DNA of 64,000 nucleotides from assembly GCA_945889325.1 (NCBI GenBank), contig CAMDBH010000008.1, positions 10,118 through 74,117 of the forward strand, read 5' to 3'. Under the pieces are notes generated by a model, which saw nothing but the letters and a program-made list of their open reading frames with translations, ran no database searches and was not told the origin of the DNA. How positions within the stretch are numbered: position 1 is the first letter of the stretch; each line of letters opens with the position of its first letter. The position numbers and the translations under genes are program-made. This DNA is from Klebsiella pneumoniae (GTDB taxonomy: Bacteria; Myxococcota_A; UBA9042). Shown here piece by piece: positions 19,417-28,986 of this stretch.

Positions 19417-20657
19417 TTGCCACCGCCGGGCAGGTTCCAGTGGTCAAAACGGCCGGTACTCGGTCCGCCTTGGCCACTGAGCGCAATGTAACCCACAGCA
19501 AGGCCGCCATCCGTCTGGCGCAATAGCCGCGGCCAAGCGTGGGCGTCGCCCGGCACATCGATGCGCTTGAAACCGCCTGTCGCTTTGTCGACTGCCACAA
19601 TCACGCGCATGGTGCTGCCATTTTGCATCGCCACAGCGACGCCGCCGTCGGCCAGCACCGCGATGTCCAGCGCCGAACCCACCACATCGACGCGAGATAG
19701 CTGGCTGCTGTCATCGGTATGTTCGCCAGACAAGACGACTTGCGTTGAGATTTCACCGGCTTTAGATCGCACGAGTTGTACCTGACCGCTGCTGCGGTTG
19801 CGGTAGGCGACGGCCAATTCACCCGTCGGTCCGACCGCGAGCGCAGATGGGTCGCCGACATCGCCCGTATCGACGCCCGACGCTGCATCTGTGCCGGCCA
19901 AACGCACGACGCTCCAAACGCCACCGGAGCGTGCGGCCAAAATCAAATCGCCGGCGCTTGCATCGTACGCGCTGATGGCGGGGCCCGAAGGCCCGATCGC
20001 CATCGACAGCGACCGCCCCACGTCAGCCGCAACCGTTAAACCGGCGACCGGCGCTGGCGCAGGCACTTGTTCGATTTGCCACTCCGAGGTCGCCCCGCGC
20101 TGGGCCACGTGGATTGTGTGCGTTTTTTCGGAGTGATACGCCACAACCGGCGCACCTTGAAAAAGTCCGATCGCGACGTCGCGGCCGATCTCGCCATCCA
20201 CTGCGATCTGTTGGCGCGACCATTGCGTTGCACCGCCCGCTGCGTACCAAAGCGTGGCATCGGTCTGGCGGAACCAAGCAACGTGAACTTGGCCGTCAGC
20301 GGCGACCACCGCGGCGCTTGACTCGCCCGCAGCCGGTTCATCGGGCGCAGCAGCTGGACCGGCGATGAAGCTGACCTGGGCCTCGCCGTCCGGATGTAGC
20401 ACAAATACAAGGCTTTTTCGCTGCGCCGAGTAGCCCACCAGCGCCGTTTGACCGTCGGCCATGCGCAACCACTGAATGCGGCCGAACAGTCCGAGCGAGC
20501 CGCTGCTCGAAGCGGCATTCTTGTCACACAAACCGGTGGTTGGGTTGCAAGTCGTGGCCGTTGGGCACAGGCCGTCTTCGCAGTGCTCGATGGCGCGGCC
20601 GCAGCCCGTGATCGCGATGAAACTGACACAGGCCCAATAGAAAAATTGTGATAACAT
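19413..20657 (-). CDS. Hypothetical lipoprotein with repetitive beta-propeller-like segments
   Basis: The internal ATG at 20657 gives MLSQFFYWACVSFIAITGC. Strand motifs of about 45 aa recur (VAWFRQ.., VVAYHSE.., ISAYDAS.., AVAYRNR.., VAVAMQN..). Confidence 0.55.
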   Translation of the reverse strand: MLSQFFYWACVSFIAITGCGRAIEHCEDGLCPTATTCNPTTGLCDKNAASSSGSLGLFGRIQWLRMADGQTALVGYSAQRKSLVFVLHPDGEAQVSFIAGPAAAPDEPAAGESSAAVVAADGQVHVAWFRQTDATLWYAAGGATQWSRQQIAVDGEIGRDVAIGLFQGAPVVAYHSEKTHTIHVAQRGATSEWQIEQVPAPAPVAGLTVAADVGRSLSMAIGPSGPAISAYDASAGDLILAARSGGVWSVVRLAGTDAASGVDTGDVGDPSALAVGPTGELAVAYRNRSSGQVQLVRSKAGEISTQVVLSGEHTDDSSQLSRVDVVGSALDIAVLADGGVAVAMQNGSTMRVIVAVDKATGGFKRIDVPGDAHAWPRLLRQTDGGLAVGYIALSGQGGPSTGRFDHWNLPGGGK

Positions 20658-20847
20658 GACATTGGCTCGTTTGGGGGCGATTTCAACTGGTGTCAACGAC
20701 GGCCAACGCATGAACACAGCATGTAAGCGCTCGGGCGGAGTGTCAAAAGAACCGCCGGTGCAACGGTGCAAAGCTGGCAAGCCGCTCTGATCGTGTTATT
20801 GTTCCACAGCGCGGGGCAGTGGGCTGGAGAGCGAGGAGGAACAGAAG

Positions 20848-21414
20848 ATGAGCGCCGAGAAACGAGCTTTGGTTCGCAAAGTTCCATTGTTCCATGATTT
20901 TTCCGACGGCGACTGCGATGCGATGTTGCACGTGCTGCGGGCGCGGCGTTTTACCGTCGGTGAATATGTTTTTGAGCAAGGCGCGACCGGCGACACGATG
21001 GTCATCGTGCTCGATGGGCGATTGCGGGTGGAGACTGTGGATGCGCAGGGAAACCGCCAAGAATTGGGCGCCATTGGCCCCGGAGAAATTGTCGGCGAAA
21101 GCGCGGTCCTGGATCCGGCAAAGCGTTCCGCAAGTGTCGTTGCGGCTTCGGACGCTTTTGTCTACGAGCTCAACCGCTTGGGCCTGCTTTCGTTGCGGAA
21201 TTCGGCCCCGTTTGCCGCGTCGACTATCACCACGCAGATCATTTCCGAGGTGACCAAGCGCCTGCGCGCCACCAACGGGCGGATCGACTTGCTGCTCAAC
21301 CCCAACGCGAGCGCGCCGCGCAAACGCCCGCTGTCGGGTGCGGTGGAGCCAACCCAGGAACCAGAATCGGGTTCCATGTTCTCGCGCCTTTGGTCGCGTT
21401 TGACCGGCGCGTGA
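20848..21414 (+). CDS. Stand-alone cyclic-nucleotide-binding domain protein
   Basis: The cNMP-binding pattern reads VPLFHDFSDGD...FEQGATGDTMVIVLDGRLRV...GPGEIVGESAVLD...RSASVVA. A strong RBS (GAGGAGGAACAGAAG) precedes the ATG. Confidence 0.8.
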   Translation: MSAEKRALVRKVPLFHDFSDGDCDAMLHVLRARRFTVGEYVFEQGATGDTMVIVLDGRLRVETVDAQGNRQELGAIGPGEIVGESAVLDPAKRSASVVAASDAFVYELNRLGLLSLRNSAPFAASTITTQIISEVTKRLRATNGRIDLLLNPNASAPRKRPLSGAVEPTQEPESGSMFSRLWSRLTGA

Positions 21415-21433
21415 TCGCAATCGGAGGTGGAAA

Positions 21434-22081
21434 ATGGCTCAGGTGAATTTGCGCGCGCTGCCGTCGCTAAAAGATTACAGCAACAATGAACTCAAACTGC
21501 TCGCCAATGTCGCTCCGGCGCGCGAGTATCCGGTCGGGCAGGTCATTTGCCGCGAGGGTGCAGGTGCGGCGTCCTGTTTTTTGCTTGCGACTGGCGAAGT
21601 CAACATTTCCAAAAAGACCGAAGAGGGCGACAAAATACTCGCAACGTTGCGCGCGGGCGCGATCGTGGGCCAAATGGCCTTGGTTGATCGCGCACCTCGC
21701 TCGGCTACGGTCACGACGTCGGCAGAAACGATTGCGCTTGAACTCACGCGCGACGTGTTTGAAGATTTGTTGCGATCTTCGAGCGCGCTAGCCTTGCGCT
21801 TTCAGGAACAAATTGCCATTGCCGGCATTCGGCAGCTGCGTGTGGCCACGCAGCGTTTGGCCACGATCTTGGCCGATATTCACGCCGCGGCTGAAAAAAC
21901 GCGGGCAAAAAAAGAACCGGATGCGCCGATCGCAGGTGCGCAGCGCGACCAATTGCTGACCGTGCAAGCTGCGCTGGATGAGTGGGATATGTCATTGGAA
22001 GATCTAGACAACGTCCATGTTTACACCCCCGACGGCCAGATGGGGCAGGCCGAACTAAAAGCGCGCATGGGCATCCGCTGA
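21434..22081 (+). CDS. Second stand-alone cyclic-nucleotide-binding domain protein
   Basis: The pattern reads ...YPVGQVICREGAGAASCFLLATGEVNI...LRAGAIVGQMALVDRAPRSATVTT. The gene starts 19 nt after the first cNMP gene. Confidence 0.8.
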   Translation: MAQVNLRALPSLKDYSNNELKLLANVAPAREYPVGQVICREGAGAASCFLLATGEVNISKKTEEGDKILATLRAGAIVGQMALVDRAPRSATVTTSAETIALELTRDVFEDLLRSSSALALRFQEQIAIAGIRQLRVATQRLATILADIHAAAEKTRAKKEPDAPIAGAQRDQLLTVQAALDEWDMSLEDLDNVHVYTPDGQMGQAELKARMGIR

Positions 22082-22083
22082 TC

Positions 22084-22105
22084 GCGAGGTGGCCTTTTTC
22101 CGAGC
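22084..22105 (-). repeat. A5 motif copy (reverse orientation): GCTCGGAAAAAGGCCACCTCGC
   Basis: The copy lies between the cNMP gene stop (22081) and the dus start (22126). On the + strand it sits in the loop of GGTGGC...GCCACC. Confidence 0.55.
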
Positions 22106-22125
22106 CACCCTTGGAATCTTTAGTT

Positions 22126-23247
22126 ATGGCTAACGCGCCTGAATGTTCACCTTTTGACCGGCCGCCGATCGAACTCCCCGCGGGTCCGCATCCTGAAGTC
22201 GTGCCCTTTGCCGTCGCTGGCCAAGTCCGCGTTGAAAAACCGTTTATTCTCGCGCCGATGTCGGGGGTAACCGACAGTCCGTTTCGGCGTATGGTCCAAT
22301 CGGCTTCGCAAGGTTCGGTCGGCCTTTTAGTGACAGAATTCATCTCGATTGAAGGTTTGACGCGCAAGAACATGAAATCAGCGGCGCGCATGGCCTTTGA
22401 CGCTCAAGCGGAAAAGCCTCTCTCCGTGCAGATTTTTGGTGGCGAGTTGGAGCGAATGGGCAACGCCGCTCAAATCATAGAAGAATCTGGCGCCCAAATC
22501 GTCGACATCAACTGCGGTTGTCCGGCGCCCAAAGTAGTGCGCCGCGGTGGTGGCGCGGAATTGCTGCGCCAATGCGATCTGCTGGCGCGTTTGGTCGAAG
22601 GCACCGTGAAATCAGTGCGCATTCCGGTGACGGTCAAAATTCGCACGGGCTGGAGCAGCGATAGCATCAACGCACTGCAAGTCGCTAAAATGGTGGAAGA
22701 AGCTGGGGCATCGATGCTGGCCGTTCACGGCCGCACGCGCATGCAAATGTACACAGGCGAGGCCGATTGGGACCTCATCGGTGACGTCGCAAAACATGTT
22801 TCTATTCCGGTTGTTGGGTCCGGAGATGTCACGACGCCCGAGGAAGCCGTGTGGCGCTACCGTTCGAGCGGCGTCGCAGGTGTGATGATCGGTCGCGCGG
22901 CGATCATGAATCCGTGGATTTTTGCCCAAATCGACGATCTGGTTGCGGGCTTGCCGGTGCGGGAAATTGACAGCCGCGAGCGCATCCGTGTGCTGCGAGA
23001 ATTTGCGGCCATGATGGCGGTTTCTATGCCCGATCACGTCATTCCGGGTCGGCTCAAGCAAGTGTTGGCGCGGATGACCAAAGGTTTTTCCTACGGTTCG
23101 CTTTTGCGCGAACGGGCCATGCGCGCCCATACGACGGTCGAAATGTTCGATTGGATCGAGGCGTTTTTCGGCGCGCTTGACGACGGTTCTGTCGAGCATT
23201 GGGCACAAAAAGTCCGCAGTCAGATCACCACCGTGGCCATCAATTAG
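22126..23247 (+). CDS. dus: tRNA-dihydrouridine synthase
   Basis: Motifs include LAPMSGVTDSPFRRM, IVDINCGCPAPKV and AVHGRTR. I prefer the internal ATG at 22126 (MANAPE...) over the listed start at 21982, which overlaps the previous gene. Confidence 0.85.
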   Translation: MANAPECSPFDRPPIELPAGPHPEVVPFAVAGQVRVEKPFILAPMSGVTDSPFRRMVQSASQGSVGLLVTEFISIEGLTRKNMKSAARMAFDAQAEKPLSVQIFGGELERMGNAAQIIEESGAQIVDINCGCPAPKVVRRGGGAELLRQCDLLARLVEGTVKSVRIPVTVKIRTGWSSDSINALQVAKMVEEAGASMLAVHGRTRMQMYTGEADWDLIGDVAKHVSIPVVGSGDVTTPEEAVWRYRSSGVAGVMIGRAAIMNPWIFAQIDDLVAGLPVREIDSRERIRVLREFAAMMAVSMPDHVIPGRLKQVLARMTKGFSYGSLLRERAMRAHTTVEMFDWIEAFFGALDDGSVEHWAQKVRSQITTVAIN

Positions 23248-23590
23248 GCTTTGCCTCTGCCGGACTTGCAGGCTTGTCTGCAGTTGGTTCGCTGGATTTT
23301 TCGGTTGGTTTTTCACTCACTGTTGGTTGTGGCGCATCGCTTGTTGCTTCCGCCGTCGTCTCTTTTTCGGCTGCTGGCGGTTTGTCGCTTGGGTGAGGCA
23401 CCCCTGTTTTTGCACCGTAATCCGAGGCATACCAGCCGCTGCCCTTCAAATGAAACGTCCCACCGCTGATGATGCGCGTGCAGTCGGCGCTGTCGCATTG
23501 CGGACAATTGGCGCCAGACGGTGCCGTAATACGTTGAGTTTTTTCGAAAACATGGAGACAGGCGTTGCAGCGATAATCGTAGTCGGGCAT
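23240..23590 (-). CDS. FmdB-family zinc-ribbon protein with a Pro/Glu/Thr-rich tail
   Basis: The ATG at 23590 gives MPDYDYRCNACLHVFE...CPQCDS, a CxxC...CxxC pattern. Confidence 0.75.
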   Translation of the reverse strand: MPDYDYRCNACLHVFEKTQRITAPSGANCPQCDSADCTRIISGGTFHLKGSGWYASDYGAKTGVPHPSDKPPAAEKETTAEATSDAPQPTVSEKPTEKSSEPTADKPASPAEAKPN

Positions 23591-23818
23591 GGCGTTCTCG
23601 CAGTCGGCGGGCGCGCGACTGTGCAAACCTAAGTCGCGCACAGAGCCTGTCAAGATCGCCGACAAACCGCTCGGCGGCGTCGCACGTCAAAACGAAATGA
23701 TCTCGCGCGCAGCATAAATTTGAGCGCGAAGCCGTCACGTGTTACCCTAATATGTGGCTTTGTAAGCGCGCCGGTACCCCCGCCGCCGCGGTTTGCTAAC
23801 GGCCATCGCGGTTTCAAA

Positions 23819-25570
23819 ATGCGTGTTTGTCCCATTTGCTCCAACGAACGCACCGACGTTGTCTGCCCAGACGACGGCGCAACGACGATCGAAGTCCACG
23901 ACAACCAGCCTGCCACGCTGGATGCTGGTACCATGATCGCCGATCGCTACCGCGTGGACGGCGTTATCGGCGTCGGCGGTTTTGGTGCGGTGTACAAGTG
24001 CACGCAAATGAATATGAATCAGACCGTCGCCGTCAAAGTGCTGCGCAGCGAGCATCTGACGTCGGTCGAGCACGTGAAGCGTTTTACCCGTGAGGCGCAA
24101 GCCGTCAGCAAGCTGAAGCACCCGAATACAATACGGATTTTTGACTTCGGGACCCACAGCGATGGCGCGCTATTTTTGGCGATGGAATTTGTTGAGGGCG
24201 AAACCCTTGGACATCGTTTGGATATGTTGCACACCATTCATTGGGAAACGCTGACGCATATCATCGTGCAAATTTGCCACTCGCTGACCGAAGCGCACGC
24301 GGCGGGCTTGGTACACCGCGATTTGAAACCGGAAAATATCATGCTGCTGCCGGTGGCGGGTGATCCCAATTATGTCAAGGTGTTGGACTTTGGTATTGCA
24401 AAAGTGCAAAAAGTACCGGGACATCCAGCAGAGAACAGCCTGACCGAGAGCGGCATGATCATGGGTACGCCCACGTACATGTCGCCGGAACAGGCCAAAG
24501 GCGAGCAAATCGATCGGCGCTGCGACATTTACGCGTTGGGCGTGTTGCTGTACGAGGGCCTGACAGGCAAGCCGCCGTTTTTGGGTGAAACGCCGATGCA
24601 GGTGCTGATCGCGCATATCAAGGATCAGCCGGCGGCGATGCTGCGCGATGGCAGTGTGCCGATCGTGCCTGCGGCCCTTGAACGGGTTGTATTGGAATGT
24701 TTGGAGAAAGACCCAGCCAAACGCCCGCAGTCGACGGTTTCACTTGTGGACAAGCTCACGACGGCCGTCAAGTTGGCGCGAGAGCCGGAGCCTACCACGG
24801 CCAGTCGGGCGCTTGTTGAGCCACAAGCAACGACAACTATGGGGCAATTGCAAACAGCCGCGCTTAACGCTGTGGGCGGCGTGCCAACGCCGCGCCGCGA
24901 TGCGACGCCTCCCGCAGCCGCGCCGAATCGCACGCCGCTGTGGATCGGCGTTGGCGCGTTTGTCGTGATCGGCGTGGGTGCGATCGCTGCCGTTGCGTTG
25001 GGCGGCAAAACGCAAAACGCGGGCGAACAGACCCAAGTAGCCTCCGCGCCACGAGAACCGGGCAGGTCGACAGCGCAAGAAATCCCCCCCGTGGAATCCA
25101 AAGCGGCGCAAGATCTCAATGCTGCCGCGTTGCAGGCGGCGACTGTGCAAGGCCTACAGCCCAAGGGAATTGCTGCAAAACTGGAAGCCAAGCCGGACAA
25201 AGCGGCGCTGGAATTGGCTGAACAGGCGCGAAAAGATCGCGCGGCGGCTGAAAAAGCCACGGCGGAAAACCGCGCGCTGAGCAAGAAAATGGAAGAAGAG
25301 CGCGCGGCGCAGCAAAAAGCCGAAGCGATCAGGCTGGCTAAAGAAAAGGCGGAGGCGGAAGCTCGGGCGATCGCCGACGCAAAGGCCGCGGCCGAAGCCA
25401 AGGCGGCCGCGGAAGCCAAAGCGGCGGCGGAGGCGAAAAAGCTGAAACTCTCGCATGTTCCGGATACGGCTGTGGTGAAACCGGAAGACAAAGTCCCCGT
25501 GGAGCCCAAGCACAAAGATCCCAAACCCGGCGATTTCAAGCTGGATGACGAGCCGGCCAAAAAGCAGTAG
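23819..25570 (+). CDS. Ser/Thr protein kinase with N-terminal zinc ribbon, one TM and an Ala/Glu/Lys-rich C-terminal region
   Basis: The N-terminus is MRVCPICSNE...VCPDDG. Kinase motifs are GVGGFGAVY, VAVKVL, HRDLKPENI, VLDFGIA and YMSPEQ. The TM segment is LWIGVGAFVVIGVGAIAAVAL. Confidence 0.9.
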   Translation: MRVCPICSNERTDVVCPDDGATTIEVHDNQPATLDAGTMIADRYRVDGVIGVGGFGAVYKCTQMNMNQTVAVKVLRSEHLTSVEHVKRFTREAQAVSKLKHPNTIRIFDFGTHSDGALFLAMEFVEGETLGHRLDMLHTIHWETLTHIIVQICHSLTEAHAAGLVHRDLKPENIMLLPVAGDPNYVKVLDFGIAKVQKVPGHPAENSLTESGMIMGTPTYMSPEQAKGEQIDRRCDIYALGVLLYEGLTGKPPFLGETPMQVLIAHIKDQPAAMLRDGSVPIVPAALERVVLECLEKDPAKRPQSTVSLVDKLTTAVKLAREPEPTTASRALVEPQATTTMGQLQTAALNAVGGVPTPRRDATPPAAAPNRTPLWIGVGAFVVIGVGAIAAVALGGKTQNAGEQTQVASAPREPGRSTAQEIPPVESKAAQDLNAAALQAATVQGLQPKGIAAKLEAKPDKAALELAEQARKDRAAAEKATAENRALSKKMEEERAAQQKAEAIRLAKEKAEAEARAIADAKAAAEAKAAAEAKAAAEAKKLKLSHVPDTAVVKPEDKVPVEPKHKDPKPGDFKLDDEPAKKQ

Positions 25571-25667
25571 TCAGCGGGCCATTTTGCGCCAAAACATTGA
25601 CGAAGGCCGGCACATGCGCGACACATCGCGCTGCGCGGCCGCCAACGCCGCAACGGAAATACGGCCA

Positions 25668-26780
25668 ATGATCGGCAGGGCCCAGAAAAATAGCGGTGTG
25701 CGCCAAGCGATTTCAGTGATATTGCTGATTTGTTTTGGGCTATTGCAACCAATTCGCTTGCCCGTGGCTTTGGGGCAGAACGCGCCCATCTCAGCCGAGG
25801 ATGCCAAAGCGCGTGAGGAGGCGATTGAACTTTTCAATCAAGGTAAGGCGGCGTATAAAGCCAATGATTTTGATGCGGCGGAGAAACTTTTTCGGCGAGC
25901 GCAGGCGCGTTATGACAAGGAGCCGTTGATTATTTTGGCGCTGGCCAAGACGTTGGACAAGCACGGCGATCTCAAAACTGCGCAGGGTTACTATGAAATG
26001 TACCTGCGCCTTGCCCCCGTGGGTCCCAATTTTGCCAAAGATCGCGAGGCAACCGTCAAAAGACTTGAAGAGATCAAGCAAACTTTGGCGTCGCTGCCTG
26101 GAACGTTGAAATTGAAAGGTTTTCCATCGGGCGCGCAACTGTGGTTGGATGGCAAAGTGGCCGACGTCGACGCGCAAAATGAGATCAAAGTGCCGGCGGG
26201 GACCCATGCTGTCAAAGTCACGATGGATCGGCGCTTGCCGTACGAAAGAGGCGCGATCGCGGTGGGGCCGGGTGAGACCAAAGAAATCGACGTCGTGTTG
26301 CTGGATCCGGTTGATCCGAGTCTGCTGCCGCACGATCACAAATGGACTTGGGTTGCGGGCAGTGCGGCGACCGCGTTGCTTATCGGCACGGCCGTGTTCG
26401 CGGGGCTGATGACTAGCGAACTATCGGATTATAATCAGAGGTTTATCGGCGCAGATGGCAATGCTCCGGCTGCAACCATCGTGCAGTATCAACACACCGA
26501 TGGCAGCACCTGTCACAAAGGTGACGCGGCGAGATGCCAAGGCTTGGACGCCGATGCGGCTGTTCGCTGGTCTTCGGTCAGCACAAAGCAGAATCTTACC
26601 ATTGGTTTAGGTGCTGCTTCGGTGGCTTTGATCGGTCTGACGGTGCTGGCCTATTATCAGGCGCCGGTGAAGGATTTGGACCCAAATGGGCCAGGCAAGC
26701 CATCGCGCACGACGCTGCGCCTGGTGCCAACGTTTGACGCCGAGCGCAGCGTGGGCGCGGCGCTGTCGCTGGATTGGTAG
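25668..26780 (+). CDS. TPR plus PEGA domain membrane protein
   Basis: The signal-like N-terminus is MIGRAQKNSGVRQAISVILLICFGLL. TPR-like helices are present (AIELFNQGKAAYKANDFDAAEKLF...). A PEGA-like strand set follows (LKLKGFPSGAQLWLDGKV...VPAGTHAVKVT). Two TM segments are present. The start is uncertain; the listed ORF starts at 25545. Confidence 0.65.
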   Translation: MIGRAQKNSGVRQAISVILLICFGLLQPIRLPVALGQNAPISAEDAKAREEAIELFNQGKAAYKANDFDAAEKLFRRAQARYDKEPLIILALAKTLDKHGDLKTAQGYYEMYLRLAPVGPNFAKDREATVKRLEEIKQTLASLPGTLKLKGFPSGAQLWLDGKVADVDAQNEIKVPAGTHAVKVTMDRRLPYERGAIAVGPGETKEIDVVLLDPVDPSLLPHDHKWTWVAGSAATALLIGTAVFAGLMTSELSDYNQRFIGADGNAPAATIVQYQHTDGSTCHKGDAARCQGLDADAAVRWSSVSTKQNLTIGLGAASVALIGLTVLAYYQAPVKDLDPNGPGKPSRTTLRLVPTFDAERSVGAALSLDW

Positions 26781-26805
26781 CAAATACCGTACTTAATTCT
26801 CGGAT

Positions 26806-27369
26806 TTACCGATTGCCCATGCGCTGATCGAGTTCGCGAATCGTGCGATCGAGCAGCGGCTGGACTTGGTCCGATTTCTCTTGCGCGCGCGCCTTGGCCG
26901 CGATCAAACGCGCGGCCGCGGGATCTTGCACAAATGTGAGCGCGCGCGCGGCCGCTGCGCGGACGCTGACCTCGGGGTCGCGCAGCAGTTTGTCGGCGAA
27001 TTTCAACGCGAGTTTGCTGTCGCGGCGGCCGACGCCGCCGAGCCACGCCACCACGGCAGTAGCCCGCAAAGCCGCATCGCGGTTGCGCAGCTGGCCTTGC
27101 AACAACGCGACCGCTTTGGGGCTGTCCAGGGAACCCAACAAAGAAAGCGCGCGATGTCGAGCGTAAATCGGCTCTTGCGCATCGCTCACCACGGCCTCCA
27201 GCAGCTTTTCCGTTTGTGAACCGCCTGCACGGCGCAATTGTTCGGCGTTGGGCAGCGCCTCAATGGCCATGAGCCAACTGCGCAAAGCGGGCGGAATTTC
27301 AGCGGCAAAGGCATGATAACCTTGCGATAATAGAACCAGTACCGCGCAACACTGAACAAGCTTTGCCAT
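26806..27369 (-). CDS. HEAT-repeat protein (secreted or periplasmic)
   Basis: The signal reads MAKLVQCCAVLVLLSQGYHAFA. HEAT-like repeats include ...RHRALSLLGSLDSPKAVALL, ...DAALRATAVVAWLG and DPEVSVRAAAARALTFV. Confidence 0.7.
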   Translation of the reverse strand: MAKLVQCCAVLVLLSQGYHAFAAEIPPALRSWLMAIEALPNAEQLRRAGGSQTEKLLEAVVSDAQEPIYARHRALSLLGSLDSPKAVALLQGQLRNRDAALRATAVVAWLGGVGRRDSKLALKFADKLLRDPEVSVRAAAARALTFVQDPAAARLIAAKARAQEKSDQVQPLLDRTIRELDQRMGNR

Positions 27370-27414
27370 CCATTGCCTCCGAACTGTCATCGTATCGTTT
27401 GCGGGTCGATCTGG

Positions 27415-28677
27415 CTACTCGGAAAAAGGTATCACCGCCGGATTTGCTTGCAATACAGCGGCTTGCTGCGGCGTCAGTTTGCTCGCAGCCTGACTGGTTT
27501 TGAAGTACATCAAGTTGGTGTCGTCGCCGGTTTCGGGGGTGTCCGGGATGGCGTCATGCAGCGGTTGGCCGGTCGGCGGATCGGCTTCGGTAGTATGAAA
27601 CAGCCCAAGATAATGACAAATCTCGTGGGCCATCACCTTGCCGATCAGATCCTGGCCCGCGTTGGTCGCCAACACCACGCCCGACCGCGGCCCGGGCTGC
27701 CGCGCGATCAAGCCCGACGGCGGCCCGGGAATGCCGCCGGAAAGTCCAGCAATTGTGACGGGCGCGGCGCCAGTGTCGACCATGATCGCGTCGACGAGAA
27801 AAACATTTATGCCCGGCGGCAGCGCCGGCGCCCCCAAAAACAGCGAGGCGATCTCAAGGTCCAGTCCGTTGTCATGTTTGACGATCAAGGTCGTTTGGGC
27901 CATGTCGAACAGGCGAAAGTGGGCGATTTCAATGCCGGCCTGGGCCAGAATGTCCTTCACATCCGCGAACATTTGCACGATCAGTGGGTGCTGCGAGGCG
28001 TTCGTCGCCGTGATACCCTTGGTGCCGCTGAGGCACAGGTTGATGTCGATCGCCCCAGCCTTTTTTTGTTCTGGGGTTTTGCAAACGATATCAAGGGAAA
28101 CGGCGACCGAAGCGCTGGCGCCTTTGATCGTGCCCGCCGCGGCGTCATAATCAAATGCGAAAGCGGAAAGGGTATTTTCGCCAGGGTGAAGTACGAGTTG
28201 CGGCGAATTTGGCAACAAAAAAGCGGCGGCCTGCGGTTGCGCGCGCACGCGATTTTGGCACGCCGCGCAAAGCCACGGCGCGTCGGCATCTTGCAGCCAG
28301 GTTTTGGGCACGACCAGATCGCCTGCGCCGCCCGTCCATTGGGCCACCTGAATTTGGTGTTTTGCACTAGAAAACGTAGCGACAACGGAGGACGCACCCA
28401 TGGGAATCTGCACACCAAAAGCCGCGGTGCGTCCGGCATCGTCGGTTGTAAAATGGCCTGCGTCGACTTGCAGGCGCCAGGCAGGGCAACCATCGGCCGC
28501 TTCATCGGGAGGGGTATCGGCGGCGGACTGGTCTACGGGCGCACTGTCCTGCGCATCTGCCCCAGTGCCAGGGGTCGAACACGCGAAAAAAGTCAATAAT
28601 AACAAGGTTGTGAAGATATATGTGCAAAACTTGGTCGCAGCTGTTGCCGACTGGAATAGAACGCTACGGGCTGGCAT
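27415..28677 (-). CDS. Metzincin lipoprotein, M43 (pappalysin/ulilysin)-like
   Basis: The internal ATG at 28677 gives MPARSVLF...LLLLTFFAC. The zinc site is HEICHYLGLFHTTE, followed by IPDTPE and NLMYF as in M43. The listed ORF runs to 29544, but its first 289 codons look non-coding. Confidence 0.75.
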   Translation of the reverse strand: MPARSVLFQSATAATKFCTYIFTTLLLLTFFACSTPGTGADAQDSAPVDQSAADTPPDEAADGCPAWRLQVDAGHFTTDDAGRTAAFGVQIPMGASSVVATFSSAKHQIQVAQWTGGAGDLVVPKTWLQDADAPWLCAACQNRVRAQPQAAAFLLPNSPQLVLHPGENTLSAFAFDYDAAAGTIKGASASVAVSLDIVCKTPEQKKAGAIDINLCLSGTKGITATNASQHPLIVQMFADVKDILAQAGIEIAHFRLFDMAQTTLIVKHDNGLDLEIASLFLGAPALPPGINVFLVDAIMVDTGAAPVTIAGLSGGIPGPPSGLIARQPGPRSGVVLATNAGQDLIGKVMAHEICHYLGLFHTTEADPPTGQPLHDAIPDTPETGDDTNLMYFKTSQAASKLTPQQAAVLQANPAVIPFSE

Positions 28678-28986
28678 TGTATGAATGGAACCTGCGCGGG
28701 CTGTTCCCTCCCGCACGCCGACGCGCAGCGATTCCGTGGTGTGGCTGCCTGGGCCCGACGTAAGTGGTCCCCCTCCCCCCCGACCGACCCGGTCGGGCTT
28801 CAGGCGAGCCCCCAGTACCGCGCGGTTTTGTTCGCATTTTTTGTCAATCCGGCGGGCTGATCTCTCCACTTTTGCACGCCGCGCGTCCTTTGACGCAGCC
28901 ATCAAACCGCGCGTTCGTGATCTATCCTCCACGTTCTGGCAACGAAAGCAAGCGCAGAGGCCGGGCCGACTTGCGCAAAACGGCGT

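Noticed and set aside
25380-25445. A short tandem nucleotide repeat encoding AEAKAAA x3 in the kinase tail.
   Set aside because: It is low-complexity coding sequence within an Ala/Glu/Lys-rich region and has no independent feature status.
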